The translations under genes and the position numbers were made by a program. A model generated the notes under the pieces. It worked only from the letters and a program-made list of their open reading frames with translations. It had not been told where the DNA came from and ran no database searches. A stretch of DNA of 64,000 nt from Tubulanus polymorphus (Eukaryota; Animalia; Nemertea), in NCBI RefSeq assembly GCF_964204645.1, contig NC_134026.1, positions 25,206,150 to 25,270,149 on the forward strand. The letters are read 5' to 3'. Below, piece by piece: positions 24,769-38,700 of this stretch; the stretch's first letter is position 1; the number at the start of each line of letters is the position of its first letter.

Positions 24769-27700
24769 CATTTGTTAAAGCAGATACATCACAATTAAGT
24801 CGTTCAATTTTTTCAAAGAGTTCAAGCCGACCTATTGTTTTGTGTTACTCCTTTTACACCACACGTGTACTTCGCATTCTTAAACGAAAGTATGTATTCA
24901 AACTAGACTAAAGAAAATACATCAACATTTGATACATTTTTCTTTTTCCATCGCTTGTGCATTATTACTCTTGTATGCTGTCTATACTCTTCTGGTTGCT
25001 AAAAGATTAGGTCAAAAAAAGCTTTGCGGACCTGAGAGATACTTATCTCTCGAGCTGTCCGATCATGATCGCACGATCAGCCAATCACGTGGAAAATGTC
25101 TGATATTTCCTCCGTTCAAGATGAAGTGGTCGTCGTCGTTGTGTCTGCATCAGGCAAATGTCCGCGGCAGGTGCGCGAGTTGATATTCACTGAACGTCTT
25201 TACGACATGATTGGTTCCACCATGACCTTGTATCTGCAAATATTTACTATTCAACCAACGACAGTTGACGACAAATAACACCAACCCAATCACTAAGATA
25301 GACCACTAAAACATTCGTTTTTCGCCGATTCTTTCAAAGAAAATAAGCAAATAAGGTTGATTTCTAGAAATTATTGTCACAAAATACACCAATTGTTGAG
25401 TATTGGACGTATTCCGGCCACGCTACCTTTTCATTAGATATTGCAATTTTCCGTCTCATTTCCGAATGCCATTATGATCTTAATAACTACAACATATCAT
25501 GTGGAGTTGAATGCAAATATGGCTGCTAACGATCGAATAATGCCGTCAATTGCCGTCAGAAGCAAGCCCTTTGCAGGCACTTCTACGATGACACAATTAT
25601 GCAATTACCTTGAAAGTAGTTCCTCGAACACGACTCTGGAGTAACAGGTTATTCACGATTTGCGAAAATTTCATCGTTAGGTTTTGAATTACCGCGTTCC
25701 TCAAAATACGTCATTTTGCATCAGTAGTTATGGTATATATTGGTAAACTCAAAAGTTTCTACCAGATTTATGACGAGAACTTTGTGGATTTTTTCAAGCA
25801 AGGTCGTCGCTTTTTTCATAGAATTATCTCCTTATAGGAAATCAACTTTATTACATCGTCGCATCAAATGATTAATGCATGGCACGACGCGGTTTTTCGT
25901 TTAATATTGATTAATGTCTTTTTGCGACGATTCATATGTCAGAATATGAGGCATCAGTCTCAGCTCTGAGAAATGGCATTCATTTTCTGAAATTAGGCAA
26001 ACAATTCTTCATTAATTCCTGTTTATCTGACATTTCATCTCATCGAGAAGCCATTTATTTCCACGGGATAAAGCGCTCTTTTTACCAGGATACGTCCAAC
26101 CTGATGCTCTAAGATTAATGGAAATTGAATATTAATGGTTATTCTAGCAGTTTTGATGATACGTGTAGTTATATATATATCTATGAATGATTAAATATTT
26201 TCTTTACTGACTGTCGGTACCGAATATGATTGTTATTTGAGACGGAGAAGTATTTCAATAACAACCGCAAAAAGACAGTGCTGAGATGATGATTGATATA
26301 ACATTATTTCGGCTAGTTTACAAAATCGTAGCATCCGAATATTGTCGCTACATGCATGCACTGATTGCAATAAGCTTCTACAGACTCATTCGTTATTTTG
26401 TTGACAAGCTCATTAATTACTCGGTTGTTGAACGGCGGGGGTAATCTGGCACCGGCGGCCAGCAGCTCGACAGTAATGTAGAGAGGAATCACGTGGAAGC
26501 GCTGTTCTTTGGTGCAAAGACTCTGAAAAGTCCAGACCTGATGTGTTATTAGTGATTTCGGATCGTACGCCAACGTATTCTGCACGTATGCTTTACTAAG
26601 GAAGTTATTATGAGGCATTTTCTGAGGCGTGAAGTCACACCACATTGCGTTCTTTCTATTCTCGCTTAAGTTGATTTGATACTTTTTAATTTCATATAGT
26701 AACACCATTCCTGTAATGACACGGTCGCTAGAAAGGTGAGGATTTCTGCAGCGATCAACGTGGACTTTAGTTAACGCCTACGGGGTTCGGATATGGTTTA
26801 AGTTTGCTTAATTGAATCTCCATCACATATTAAGGTTGATACCAGTTTGACAATGCCGACACTCTGCCAGCACACAATGTTGCGTGACTCGATTTTCGAC
26901 AGAATAAAGCTCGCATTTCCAGCCTTATCTCGCATAGGACGACTGTGGGTAACCCTAGATGACTTTGATGATATGGTGATCTATGAGCGCAGCTATGTCC
27001 GACGTAATTGCGTTAGCCTAAACACTAGCGGCAAAATTACCTTCCTATTAGTTGTTTCTCCGTTCACCAAATGGCGAATAAGCGGTCCCTGGCAATTTTT
27101 AGTGGCGTTGGCAAGTTAATAGTTAATCCATCGGCAAACTAGGGAGTTGGGGTGTTTAAGTCAGCAGTATATTTCTTCGATTAGCTCTATAAATTCTACG
27201 TGGACAATTGGTAAATCATGTATATGATGGTTTTGTTGAGGTAGTGAAGATAATAATACCGAACCACTGTTCGTTATACAGAAGAAAAACACAAATTTTC
27301 TCCTTGTCCTTTTGTTTTTTATCCATACAAAATGTCATCGAATATAACATTGACAGTAAGTGTGTATATGATTGCCAGGCAGATTCGAACCCCACTTGTC
27401 TTGTCACTTTTCCGCCTGTTGCGTCATTGAATCTCTTCACACGAATGTATATGTCAAAATATCCATTATCGTACTTGATCTCTTTATGATGATTTGAGAA
27501 GTCCGTGATGGGAAGGTTTACGCTGATTAAAACATTTATAGTGGAGAAAGTATCGCTTAAGCCAATTGGATCTCTGGACATGATAAGCACTGACATATGC
27601 AACTAGAGGATCATTGATTATCATTAACAACAAAAGCTGTCAGTGAATAATAAATACTCAACTAGGTTATTTTGGTACATATCTCCCATAATGTTGCGAT

Positions 27701-30700
27701 CGCATAAAGTACCGAAGGGAAAGACTGTTTTGATATCTTCATTTCGTAGATTTCACATTACTATGTACACTCGTAGTCGAAACCTAAAACCTTTCATTTT
27801 TGACGACGTTCAATCTTAGCCATCTTTAAGAATTGTTAATCAACTATCAAATATCTAACTTCAATCAGACGTATTTCATCGTAGCAAAACAGTCTGCATT
27901 TCGTTTGATCGATCGAAACATCCGATTTGAATTCAAATTTCCGCGATTGTCGTGTTGTCGAAAGAGCAGACCGAACTACTGTGTTAGTCAGCGAAACGGC
28001 AGCGGTGATCAGTAACCAATCCAATCATAAAATAATGCTTTAGATATCACGCTGAGATACCATTTCCAATGACAGTTACTTAAGCCGAAAGCGAATCTTC
28101 CATGGACTTCATCTTCAGTAAAGCCCGTGTGTTGCTGCATTTTGACAAAGCAATATTGTGATACTGAATAAATAACTCGGCTGGTCGCTGCTAGTTAGAC
28201 TGAAATATTCAATTGATTGGAGTGGTTTTGCCACAGGGTCATAGAACGGAAGAATCGCAGCCACCAGTTGCTCATCTTAAAGATCATCAGACGTCGACGC
28301 AAGAAGCATCAAAGCACCCTTTGCCAGTTTAATCAGTGCAACACAGTGCGAATCACCTATTGCCTACGTTAAGTGGCATAGCACACCTTCGTGCGGAGGC
28401 CTGGTAATATCCATCCACATATTGATTTACCTTAAGACATAGAGGCGACAGACGATAAGGAGATAAGTCAACCGGCCTTTAGTACCGCAATTGTAAGTGT
28501 GGGACAGATCGCAAGAGAGTAGTAGTGTCGCAGTGAATCGTTTTCAATCGTTGCAAGCGCCAATAGAACGAGAGACTGGCGAGGCGTAATAATTTCATTT
28601 GGTATATTTTTGATGTTTCCGTATAGAAGTTCGGTCCAGAAATGGTCTTTCTACGTGGCAAAGTGAATCGCAAATACAAAAGAAACAGAATCAGCAATTC
28701 GTGATGGACGGATTTTAATCTTCTCGGAGGGAATCGCATTATCATCGACAGTAATAGCGTGCGGAATACCTTCAGTAAGACCGACTCATTCTGCCTTCGC
28801 TTAAAAAAAGGATGGACGCCAGCGGTATTTCGACATTTTCCATTGATGATAAGATATGGAGGTAAGGAGTTTTTGACTGTGAATAGAACCTTAATTCGGA
28901 ATCTTGAATACGTTATACCTGTATCTACGAAAATTTACGATGATAATTGATTTAATACTGCAATTACTTGAAAACGTACGGCCTTGTTTCGATAGCTATC
29001 ATTTCATATTTGGTTATTATAAAGTTTTGTTCTTGAAGAAAACATTTAACATTTCGTCTGTGATAATAGTAAGAAATACATTGACGTTTACCCAAATCTC
29101 ATAGTTTTTATTCCAACCCTTCATTTAGAAATGAAAGCGGTTTCAACAATTTGACATCATTTATTATTTACGTAAAAGTTTTCTTTGTTTCCCTTGAACG
29201 ATACAACTACTATTTTGGTTTGTAATCGGGTGATTTGATGGCATATGTAAATATTCATAGGTCTGGGAATGCGACTTTATCTGATAGTAGTTTACGTTCC
29301 ATGGGAAATGACTACGCCTACACAACTAACCAGGGAAATCATAGTCACTGGAGTTCGAGTACTGTATATCGAGCATCATCTCTGCAGGTTTCTCAAGCAT
29401 GCGTATCATTTGTCACTCAATTTTGCTATCTAAATTCATTAGAAAATATTACGATTTTAGACAAAAGCGCAGTCCGTCGATGAGTTTTCGCAATTTGTGT
29501 TATTCTGAAGAATCTTTAACATTGGTAGCTTAAGATAGTTATACTCCACGCCCCTTTGGATACCCATGAATTCTAGAAGGGTCAATATTGATATTTGTTC
29601 TGCTAATAAAAGCTCACTCTTGTCACAGTGAGCTCTCGGCTGGCAGTCGTAAGAAGGCAGCCGATTTAACTGAAAATGAAATATACGTGTACATAGGGTC
29701 CCCCTGGAAATCAGATGTTAATGGACGCCAAACCGATCCAATAAATAGCAGGTCTAGGGCTCTCCAACTTCGTTTATATAATATAGAGAAAATAAACTCA
29801 AATGGAATTGTTGCTCCAGGCCCAGAGAATATATCCACATGATTCTAATCTATACCAATGAGCGGTATAAACCTTTTTGAAACGTCACTGTGTGCTTGTG
29901 CTTGCTTGAGGGGGCTTCAAACGCCAGTGTAGACAGGTGACAATAATCCTTGCATAGATAACCCGAGTACTATGTTCATTACGGCATAAATCTTAAGCAA
30001 TATCACAGAACAAACAAATTCATGACTGGTTGATTGAACAGTTCATTAAATCCATACCGACAGGACTGAGGAGATACGCGTTCACGCGACCACTTAGCGG
30101 AAACCAAAAACAAACAACCCATCCATCGATCCAACCAGTCACACTAGAATTAATGAAATGATCAAACTTGATTTAGAATTTTGATCAGGGTCAGCTCGTG
30201 AAAGAAGCTGAAATTTTGAGAATATTCTCTTCCAGATCAAAACCCTCTAGTTTATTTCTAGTGCTCGCCGAGACCATCGTTATATCTTGTCTTGTATCGT
30301 ACTTTCGAAACCGTACAATATTCAGCTTTCGCCAGTTCTCTTAAGATATCTGTTTCTGTCGGATCACGATGAAAAAGCTTAAGAATCTTAAATAACAGGT
30401 TTCCCTGAACATCGTTAATCAGCTTGTAAAAATCGCCATCTCCGGGCGAGACTTAAATCGAAATCGTACAACAACCCGAAACGGTCGTGCAGCACGCGAT
30501 TATTGAACTTCTAAGATTTAAACTTCATTAATGTAACATAATGAAGAAATATTTTTCTCTTCACAAAGATACAGCATTGCAGAACACTTCATCGTAAAAC
30601 TGGAATATTCACATCACAGTAATTGGTCCTCAATACATGGCCCACGTGTCTTTCACACGATTTTCGTGGGATTTTTTTCTGATTGAACTGATACGAATTG

Positions 30701-33700
30701 CATAGAAGCGTTCATAATCTAGTCACACTCGTATCTCGTGGTAATCTAGTCGTGAATATATAATGTACGTCCACTTAACTGGATAATAGCGCAGATCAGA
30801 TTGATGCAAACTGACGCACTTGGGACACACGGTATATTGGCCATTTGTCAACCAATTGCAGTTCCTTGGGACTCCTGATCATGGATCAAGCGGGTGATGG
30901 CTCCAGTACCACCAATGATTCAAAGTGGAAGTAGCTTGCTCGACAATTTGATCGCGTTTTAGCCTTCACTGACCATGTTTACCCATAATCATGTTGTCGG
31001 TTGTACCCTCGGTGGCCATTGGGCTGTTTTCATTTTTCTTAAATAACAATAACGGTACAATATTATTTATCAAAGTACTTATAGGCGAGGATATGTGTTC
31101 CCTCTCGGCTATATGATGTTGTCATCTACCACTTAATAACAGCAAAAGCACGATGTCGCTTGCAGCAATATCAGCAGAACAGTCGAACAAAATATCTATA
31201 TACTTCGATCATCTTTTTATATTAGTCCAATTTCATGTTCGTTATTACAGCTAAACCGTCGGCATTTTTATGTGTTGAGTAGTATGAGAAACGCCTTTGC
31301 CATGCGTTGACATTTTCCCCCACGCGGTGCGGGCGACGCGCCACGAAATCTATAGTAATGACCACGTCTGACACCGTGTAATTGTGTATCCGGATGTCAT
31401 TTCAAGCCGTAAATCACTCCATACCGCTGTTCACATCGAGTTTCACTCAAACCCATCAACTTGTCACTGTCCATACATTACACGCAAATAGCAGTTATGG
31501 CTTCTAATTCATAGTTATTTCTAGATTTATGTGTCCAGCGTCTCAAATACGGTGTTTTTCATTACGACAAGAGAGCTTCTTACAAAATATTAGCCGACCG
31601 AAAACTACATGTTCCAGCTGAGCGTATTTATCAGAGAAACTACAGATTCCCAAACGCATAATTATGGCTGGTATTTGCAGCCATTATCAAATAGTACGTG
31701 GTTTGTAAGTATACGCCGAGTGCAAGATTTGCAATGCTGTTGAATTAATCTTCGGATGCATCGTTTCATAAGTTTTCATTCATCCAGTGATAACTTAATT
31801 GTTCAACGAGAACGTCTTGTGATAAAGATGAGTTATTTTAGACGCATGTCCATATATACAACTCAGTTATTCTTCACGATTAAGTGAGTCGGTTTTCCGT
31901 GTAAGCTTTTCGTCCCAGAGAAAGAACTAATTCGGATAGTCTCAGATAATCCTTGAAATATATATACATATAACTAATTATTGAATTTCCGTGAGTCCTG
32001 TGAGAGAAGGGAAAGCTAGGGCAGATCATTTCATTGTCTGTAGTGTTGCATAAAAAGCTTAACATCGTTTGGCCACATTGTCAGCATCGAATTGGAAATC
32101 GAAAGCAATGTTACCCGAAGAGATACCACCATGTTCCTATTGACGTCCCTGCAGAACTAGTTACCCGTAACATATTGCCTGCTTTATTGGAGTCCAATAG
32201 ATGATATTCATCAACCGAATAATGGTTTCTTTTTCATGGCTAATTTGTTATCCTTTGAACGTTAATTCATAGCACGGTCTTTTTGGTCTTTCAAATATTG
32301 GCGATAAAAAATGAGTCTGTGAATAAATTGCATATGGTCTAATGTCGAAATGGTATCAATTGATATGGATAAGTAATATTGATTTTGGAGACCATTTGAT
32401 TCTATTTGGACTGCAGGTCGGTTTTTGATGATAGAGTATGTGGACGGAAGCTATCGTTGATTCCGATTCATCTGGTATGTCACATAACGAATGAGAGTAC
32501 GCAATATCTGATATATCCGAATTCTTCCAACATTAAACACAGAAGCGGCGCTACTAAAGGTCATTAATCACTAAACACGTCACGAATCCGTCATGTTGAC
32601 TAGTTTTTACCATCGACGCGGGCGATAGGTAGAATATCAGACACTTTCGAAGATGCTTTTAATCTATTTGTCATCGGTGGCATCATCTTACGTCTCGACT
32701 TTGACAAATGTTTTCTACGCGCGCACAAATGATCAACTCGGTAGCGAAGAGATAAATTCTGCGCGCAGACATAGATATAACAGACCAAAATGGCGACACG
32801 TATATGGAGATTCATTTTCACGATGAATAATGAATGGCGGCATAGACTTGAAAAAATCAAATCTTCATTAATTTATATTCAGTGTACCTATTCATCTATT
32901 TTCTCGTGTAATCCGAAATGGGTCTAGACTGAAATTAAATATTTTTTCTTCGATATAATGGAGGTCTTATCAAACATGAATATTCTCACTAAGTCCCGTT
33001 GAGATTATGTCTACGTTCGCAGCGGCGAAGAAAACCTTAATAAAACGTTGCAAGGTTGGTTAAATGAAACCCTGAGTAGAGCTTCTTTTGATTGACAGAC
33101 TCCTCTGACACATTGTTCCATCATTTCATATTGAATCGATCGATCAAATTCAACCATCATTCAAAATTATTCAAAGCATCATCGATAACCGTGCATATCA
33201 ATATTGATATATACGGCCCTGTCTCGGAACCGACCAGTATCTGATCATCATGCAATGGAGGTGTCTCGGTAACTGAATATCTATGTTGGTTGACAACTTC
33301 TGCCATTTTTGAGTTGCAGAATACTTTCTCGGGATTTCTCGATGATTTACGATCATACATATACATACAAATTGATGAGCATATGCATTTTATCTTCTCG
33401 ATCTGTCGGTTATTGCGAGTCTAAATACTAAAATACTGAAATAAAATTTATCTTTATATTTTCCGCTACTCTGTGGTATATCGAGTTGATATTTCAGTGT
33501 AAGCATCCACATTGCGATAAAGATAAATTACATTTGATTCGTTTTGCTGATGTGATTACGGTAATAATGATTACATCTTCGGAAAAAGCCTTCGAAGATT
33601 GAACCTGGCAATGCCAGTGCACACCCGGTCGTGAAATGCATATTTTTCGCTTCACTTAAATCTCCAATTCCACCCTTATGTTACCATAGAGAATGACAAT

Positions 33701-35413
33701 GCACAGTGATATGTTACGACTTGTTGAAAGCGTTACAAATTGAAGCGAAAAATTGAAAACCAAGACTAGATTTCAAGCTATTATTTCAATCAATTGTTCG
33801 CTATGGAAATATAAATGATGACAACCTTTTTGGTAAATCGGACGAAAAATGCTTCGTAATTTAATTCAGAGGTTTGAAGTGGCGTAACCATGATGCATTT
33901 TAGGCAGAACAAGCATCAAAGATCAAAGCTATGGACCCTTGATAGTTTGCTTGGATGAGAGTGCTGCACGAAGACAATATTCGTAATCTGGCCTCAAAGC
34001 GTAGATACGTGAACTAATGGTTTCTACAATGAATGAAAAATTGGAAGTCTAGAAAGCATCGGTGCCACAAACCGCAGTCGATTCCACATGTTTCCAAATT
34101 GAGACAAATGACAAACATACTTCGCAAAACAAGCAGGCCCCTTGTCATTGATAAATCGCATTTTTCCTTGCACACTAATTTATACGCATTTATTGCGAGG
34201 TACTTTGATATTTCCGTCAGATTCGTCTGAACTGCGCCGTGTAACTGGAAATGAGAATGCATTTGCAGACAACAAGTTGGTATCCGTGCGTGGATTTCTG
34301 TAAGGGCCATTATAATAATTCTCGAATGTCGTTCGCCTTCAAATGTATAAGTCATAATACCGAGTCCGCGGTACTCCATTGTCAGCATTCTCAGAAGCTC
34401 GTAAAATAACGATAAATTCGTATGCATTACGTTCCGAGGAATCCTTAGTCAAAACATTATGTTTCGTCGATGACACATTATCTGGTAAAATCTCCCTATG
34501 GTTCCATTAATTGCATCGTTCAATCAAATCCGAGACTGGTCTTGCAACAAATCTTGTATTTGACAACGAGACTGGCTCTGCGGGAACCAGTCCAATATAT
34601 ACTTCAGCGGCCACTTTTTCGAATAACGTTGACAGCATGCTTAATGATACAGGTCTAGTGTAAAATCATTACATTTCATCATCTCAATGTGTAAAGCTTA
34701 GGGAAAAGCAAAGCTTTCGAAAAAAGAACTACAGGCTGAATGAACAGAAGTCTCGATGAGGCACTACTCCAAGCACTAATGAAGGGTGTTATTACTAAAA
34801 TGTGCCAACGTATAGAACTGATCAGGGACTGGTTTCTGATCAAGACTCAACTCATTTTCGGTTTCGTGTAGTATTCTGCTCAGAAACAAAAACAACCCAA
34901 ACGATTTATCTAAATAAGAGACACACTAATGGATAAATGTTAATTACCATCGCGTCAAAAGAAACTTCTTTGACTTGACAATTGTTATTGTAAACGTCGT
35001 GTTTAGTATGTCTATCTTGTCTGACGAATGGCATCATTTTCTGTTCGTACACCGCTCCTAGTTAAAGCAATATCACCATGTAATGGTGTTCACAGCTGAA
35101 AGAACGGATATAACTAATGTTGCTGCTAATGCAGCTACATTAAGAATACGGTGACTGTGGCCGTGTCATCGCAACTTTAATCAGTCGCTAAAGAATACTT
35201 TCACGGTTGTATCGATTAATCACATGAAAATAGGACAAAAACTTACACGGTTGGATAAATTGCCCATGACCTGTTTTCATAATTTCTAACTTAAGAACAA
35301 ATCATTTTTGGCGGGTGTAGCGTAGGGCGTGTGGGAGGGGGTTTGAATGTATCCATTTCATTTTCGTCACGATTGAACACGACACAATAATGCTGCAAAG
35401 GATTCTCATTATA

Positions 35414-35712
35414 GCCACGATCACACGCAGACGATTTGGTTCGGATCAGGTCCGAGTCAAATTCGTCCGAGCCTAATTACAGAGCGCGTACACACGCAAA
35501 TCACTCATTCAATAATAAACAATACTTAAATAAAACTGAGTCACTTTCGGGACCAGTTGCAATTCACTTGCAACAATTTGACCAGTGCTAAAATTTGGTT
35601 CGGGCCTGGTCCGATATTTTTGGTCGGACCATGGGCCAAATTTGGCACCCGATGTGAACGGTTGTTCCGGGCCTAATTTGCCACTGGTCAAAAACGCTCT
35701 TGTGATCGCGGC
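35414..35712. mobile_element. MITE (non-autonomous DNA transposon, possibly PIF/Harbinger-like)
   Basis: Terminal inverted repeats GCCACGATCACA ... TGTGATCGCGGC (11/12 match). Internal repeated subterminal motif ATTTGGTTCGG..GGTCCGA and TGACCAGTG/CACTGGTCA. GC-richer than its flanks. Target-site duplication not recognisable. Confidence 0.65.
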
Positions 35713-38700
35713 GCATATGGCCGCAACGCTAGGACTTATTAAGTTTCATAATACCTAATACGTTTACGTGACTCTTTTAGCCTATTTCAGAAGAAACGCG
35801 TCATTCCAATCATAGTAATAGTAGCGCGCTATTTCGTGATGCGGAACGAAACGTCCTTACGTAAGTAAGATTAACCATCGGGGCGAATGCTTTGGCAGCC
35901 GATTGAACCAGTATCTGATGTGACGTAAAAAAAAATCCAGGAAAACCTTTAACGAGTGATCACTTCAGAATGAAGGGTAAATACACGTTGCAAGAAAGAT
36001 GTTGATTCAACTCATTTGGTAAATTGAAAAATATGTGGGTTGTGACAGAACTTTCTAGAGTGTCAACGCGACCTTTATAAGGGTACATTTAGATAACTCG
36101 TGTGTAATCGATGAATATCAATCTTGGAATATGACTTATAGAAAAGGATAACATGCGTAATCAGCGGTACCAATAATACGTTTATTTGTTTGACTTCATC
36201 GGCGTTGAAACCCGCTATCGGCTTTATGAAATATTCAGTTCGAACAAATTTGCCATTGAGTGATAATGTTGCCTGAAGGCCTTGCAGCGTAATCAGAATT
36301 TCGATAAAAATGTCCGCCCGGTGTGATTTCTCATTTTACACACTGCTTCTTTCATTTAAGTACTTCCTTTGAAAAAAATATGTTCAGCGATGATCCGATG
36401 GCAATCCTCCCCTCCCCATATACCGCATAAACCGAATTTATAACCGAGACAGCTATGTCCGCGGCGTTTAACCTCTCCCGACAAACACAGAACAAAGGCC
36501 TGGGTATTTGCCATATCAGCGATTTATTGCGAGGTGTTTATGCGAATCTTTTTACGACCAACTTTTCAGAATGGAACGCTAGTTTCTAGCTCAAAAGTGC
36601 GTAGTAAATGATGATAAATTGCTTTTTCAGCTTAGTTTGTCCGAACTGTAGACATGTTTGCCAATTGACATTCTCTTGTTATTGTTATTTATAGACTTCG
36701 TGTTGTGGGTATTTGCCGAGAGGAATCTATTCTAGGAGTGCTATTTATTCTAGAAGAAAATGTGGATTTCTCGATTTTGACCAGTATCAAATACTGGAGG
36801 TAGTTTGCGATAAATCTATTCCTGATCCGGTTCCTTATTCATTACCTATTAATTTCCATCTCTATCGAACGACTGGAAAGATCTTTTTGCTGGCTCCAAT
36901 TTCTTACTGGATAAGACGTTTCTTCTTTCTTATATAAGACCTTCAACATTTAGCAAAAATTGCATAGAATAATTCGCAAAAGCTTCTTACATGTCCCATT
37001 TCCATTCCTTTTGCTGGTGCGATTAGATAAAGCGGTTTTACCGTGAAGTGCTGCGTGCGCGTTAGTTTTGTTCCCTTGCGTGTCAATTTATAGATGGCAT
37101 TGGATCAGAAGCAGTCTAAATCTTACTTTCCCTGAGGCCGAACTACTGTCGGATTGTTTTTGATGTAGGAAAATATAAAACAACATATTAGTTGATCAGT
37201 TTTCAGTCATAGACAAAAAATCTCTTCCCTGCGATATTAGTTTGCTAGTTTTTTTAGTATCTATCCATCGAGTAATCGCTTACTCGTCGAGAGAATACTC
37301 TAGAATACAGGAAAATGTATGAGATAAAAACGCCTTCAACAAAATGCGACATCGGTTTTAGCTAGCAATTTTTGAATTGTGAATACGCTTATCAAAAATT
37401 AATTTCAAATCCAGATTAAACGTATCATATGCAAACAAAATGAACAAAATACAAAAAGCAAAATGATTGATGGATGTCGAAATTAACAATTGGTTAAAAA
37501 TGCTGAAACCAATTGTGATATGAGCAAAATATCAAAATCCGCTTTTCGTGTTTGCTGTTAGTATTCTGGTTGAGATGGGATAGCTTTTCTGAATTCAATT
37601 CAATAACTACAGCAGGGAATACATCGAGGAAATATAGGCCGGTGGCGGTTTTGCAATCGACGCAAGTGTGTGAGAATATCTTAAAAGAATGATCCATTAT
37701 CCTGAAACAGCTGTCTGCCCTTGTTCACTCCAAACTTAATATGAATGTCACAGATGCGTCGTCGATTACGAGTGGACTGGAATTTGTTTTTAAACGCGCT
37801 AATGGTGGAGATAACAACATAACGATATTCATTGATTAGAACAAAAATCTAAGTAAACGAATATAAATGAAATATCGTCTACCCACACATCAGCCTTGCC
37901 TTTATAATAACCGATTCGACCTTCACTCAATTTATGAAGCTGGTATTAGGTCTACGTCGTTGAATTGCAGGTAAGACAGGCGAGAAGTGGAAAAGAGCTT
38001 TAAAAGACCTATAATGTTGCGCAAAAGTTTACGTACGTTCCAAATAATTCATTTCTTAAAATCTTCATATCCCATTACATTATCTTGAGTAACCTTGTGC
38101 TGGGTATTAGGAATGTAGAAGCCCGTGATCTCCATAAATCCGTATAAATCGAAATTTTTGCCGCAGTCGTGCTTACCAGTGATAAGCCTTCATTTAACGC
38201 ATGTTTAACGGATTTAATGAGATTTCATTCCATGCACCGTTAAGATAGCGCCTTTTATAGCTCCATGGCTTGAAACAAAATCGACTTTATTCCTAACGTA
38301 ATGGGAGTTGAATTAATTCCTTGCCTACCGATGGATTATGTTTTAGAGAACCAGTTATTTTCTAAATCGGGGCACGTTTTAAAGCTTCAAATTACGTAAT
38401 TTCTTTCGGACATTTACTGAGAAAGGTTTTGATTGAAAATGTTTAGCTTCTAGTTTCGACGTAATCTTGTCAAAGTTTAATCGGAATGAGAGAAACTGCT
38501 ATTCTCATCTGGAAAAATTAGAATCATTAGATTCCTCTCCCGAAAAAAGGGATTGATAGTGAACGGAAAAATTGTCACAGATATTTGAGTTCAACGACTT
38601 TTCGTTACGTTTAACGTTTGATGCTCGTCAACTAAATTCCCTTCATGAATATTCTCACTCGTCATTTCACCCTCTTTTCGAAAGCCGCCCGCCGTATACG

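Noticed and set aside
27378-27393. Minus-strand B-box-like GGGTTCGAATCTGCC suggesting a tRNA
   Set aside because: No cloverleaf or properly spaced A-box; at most a SINE remnant.
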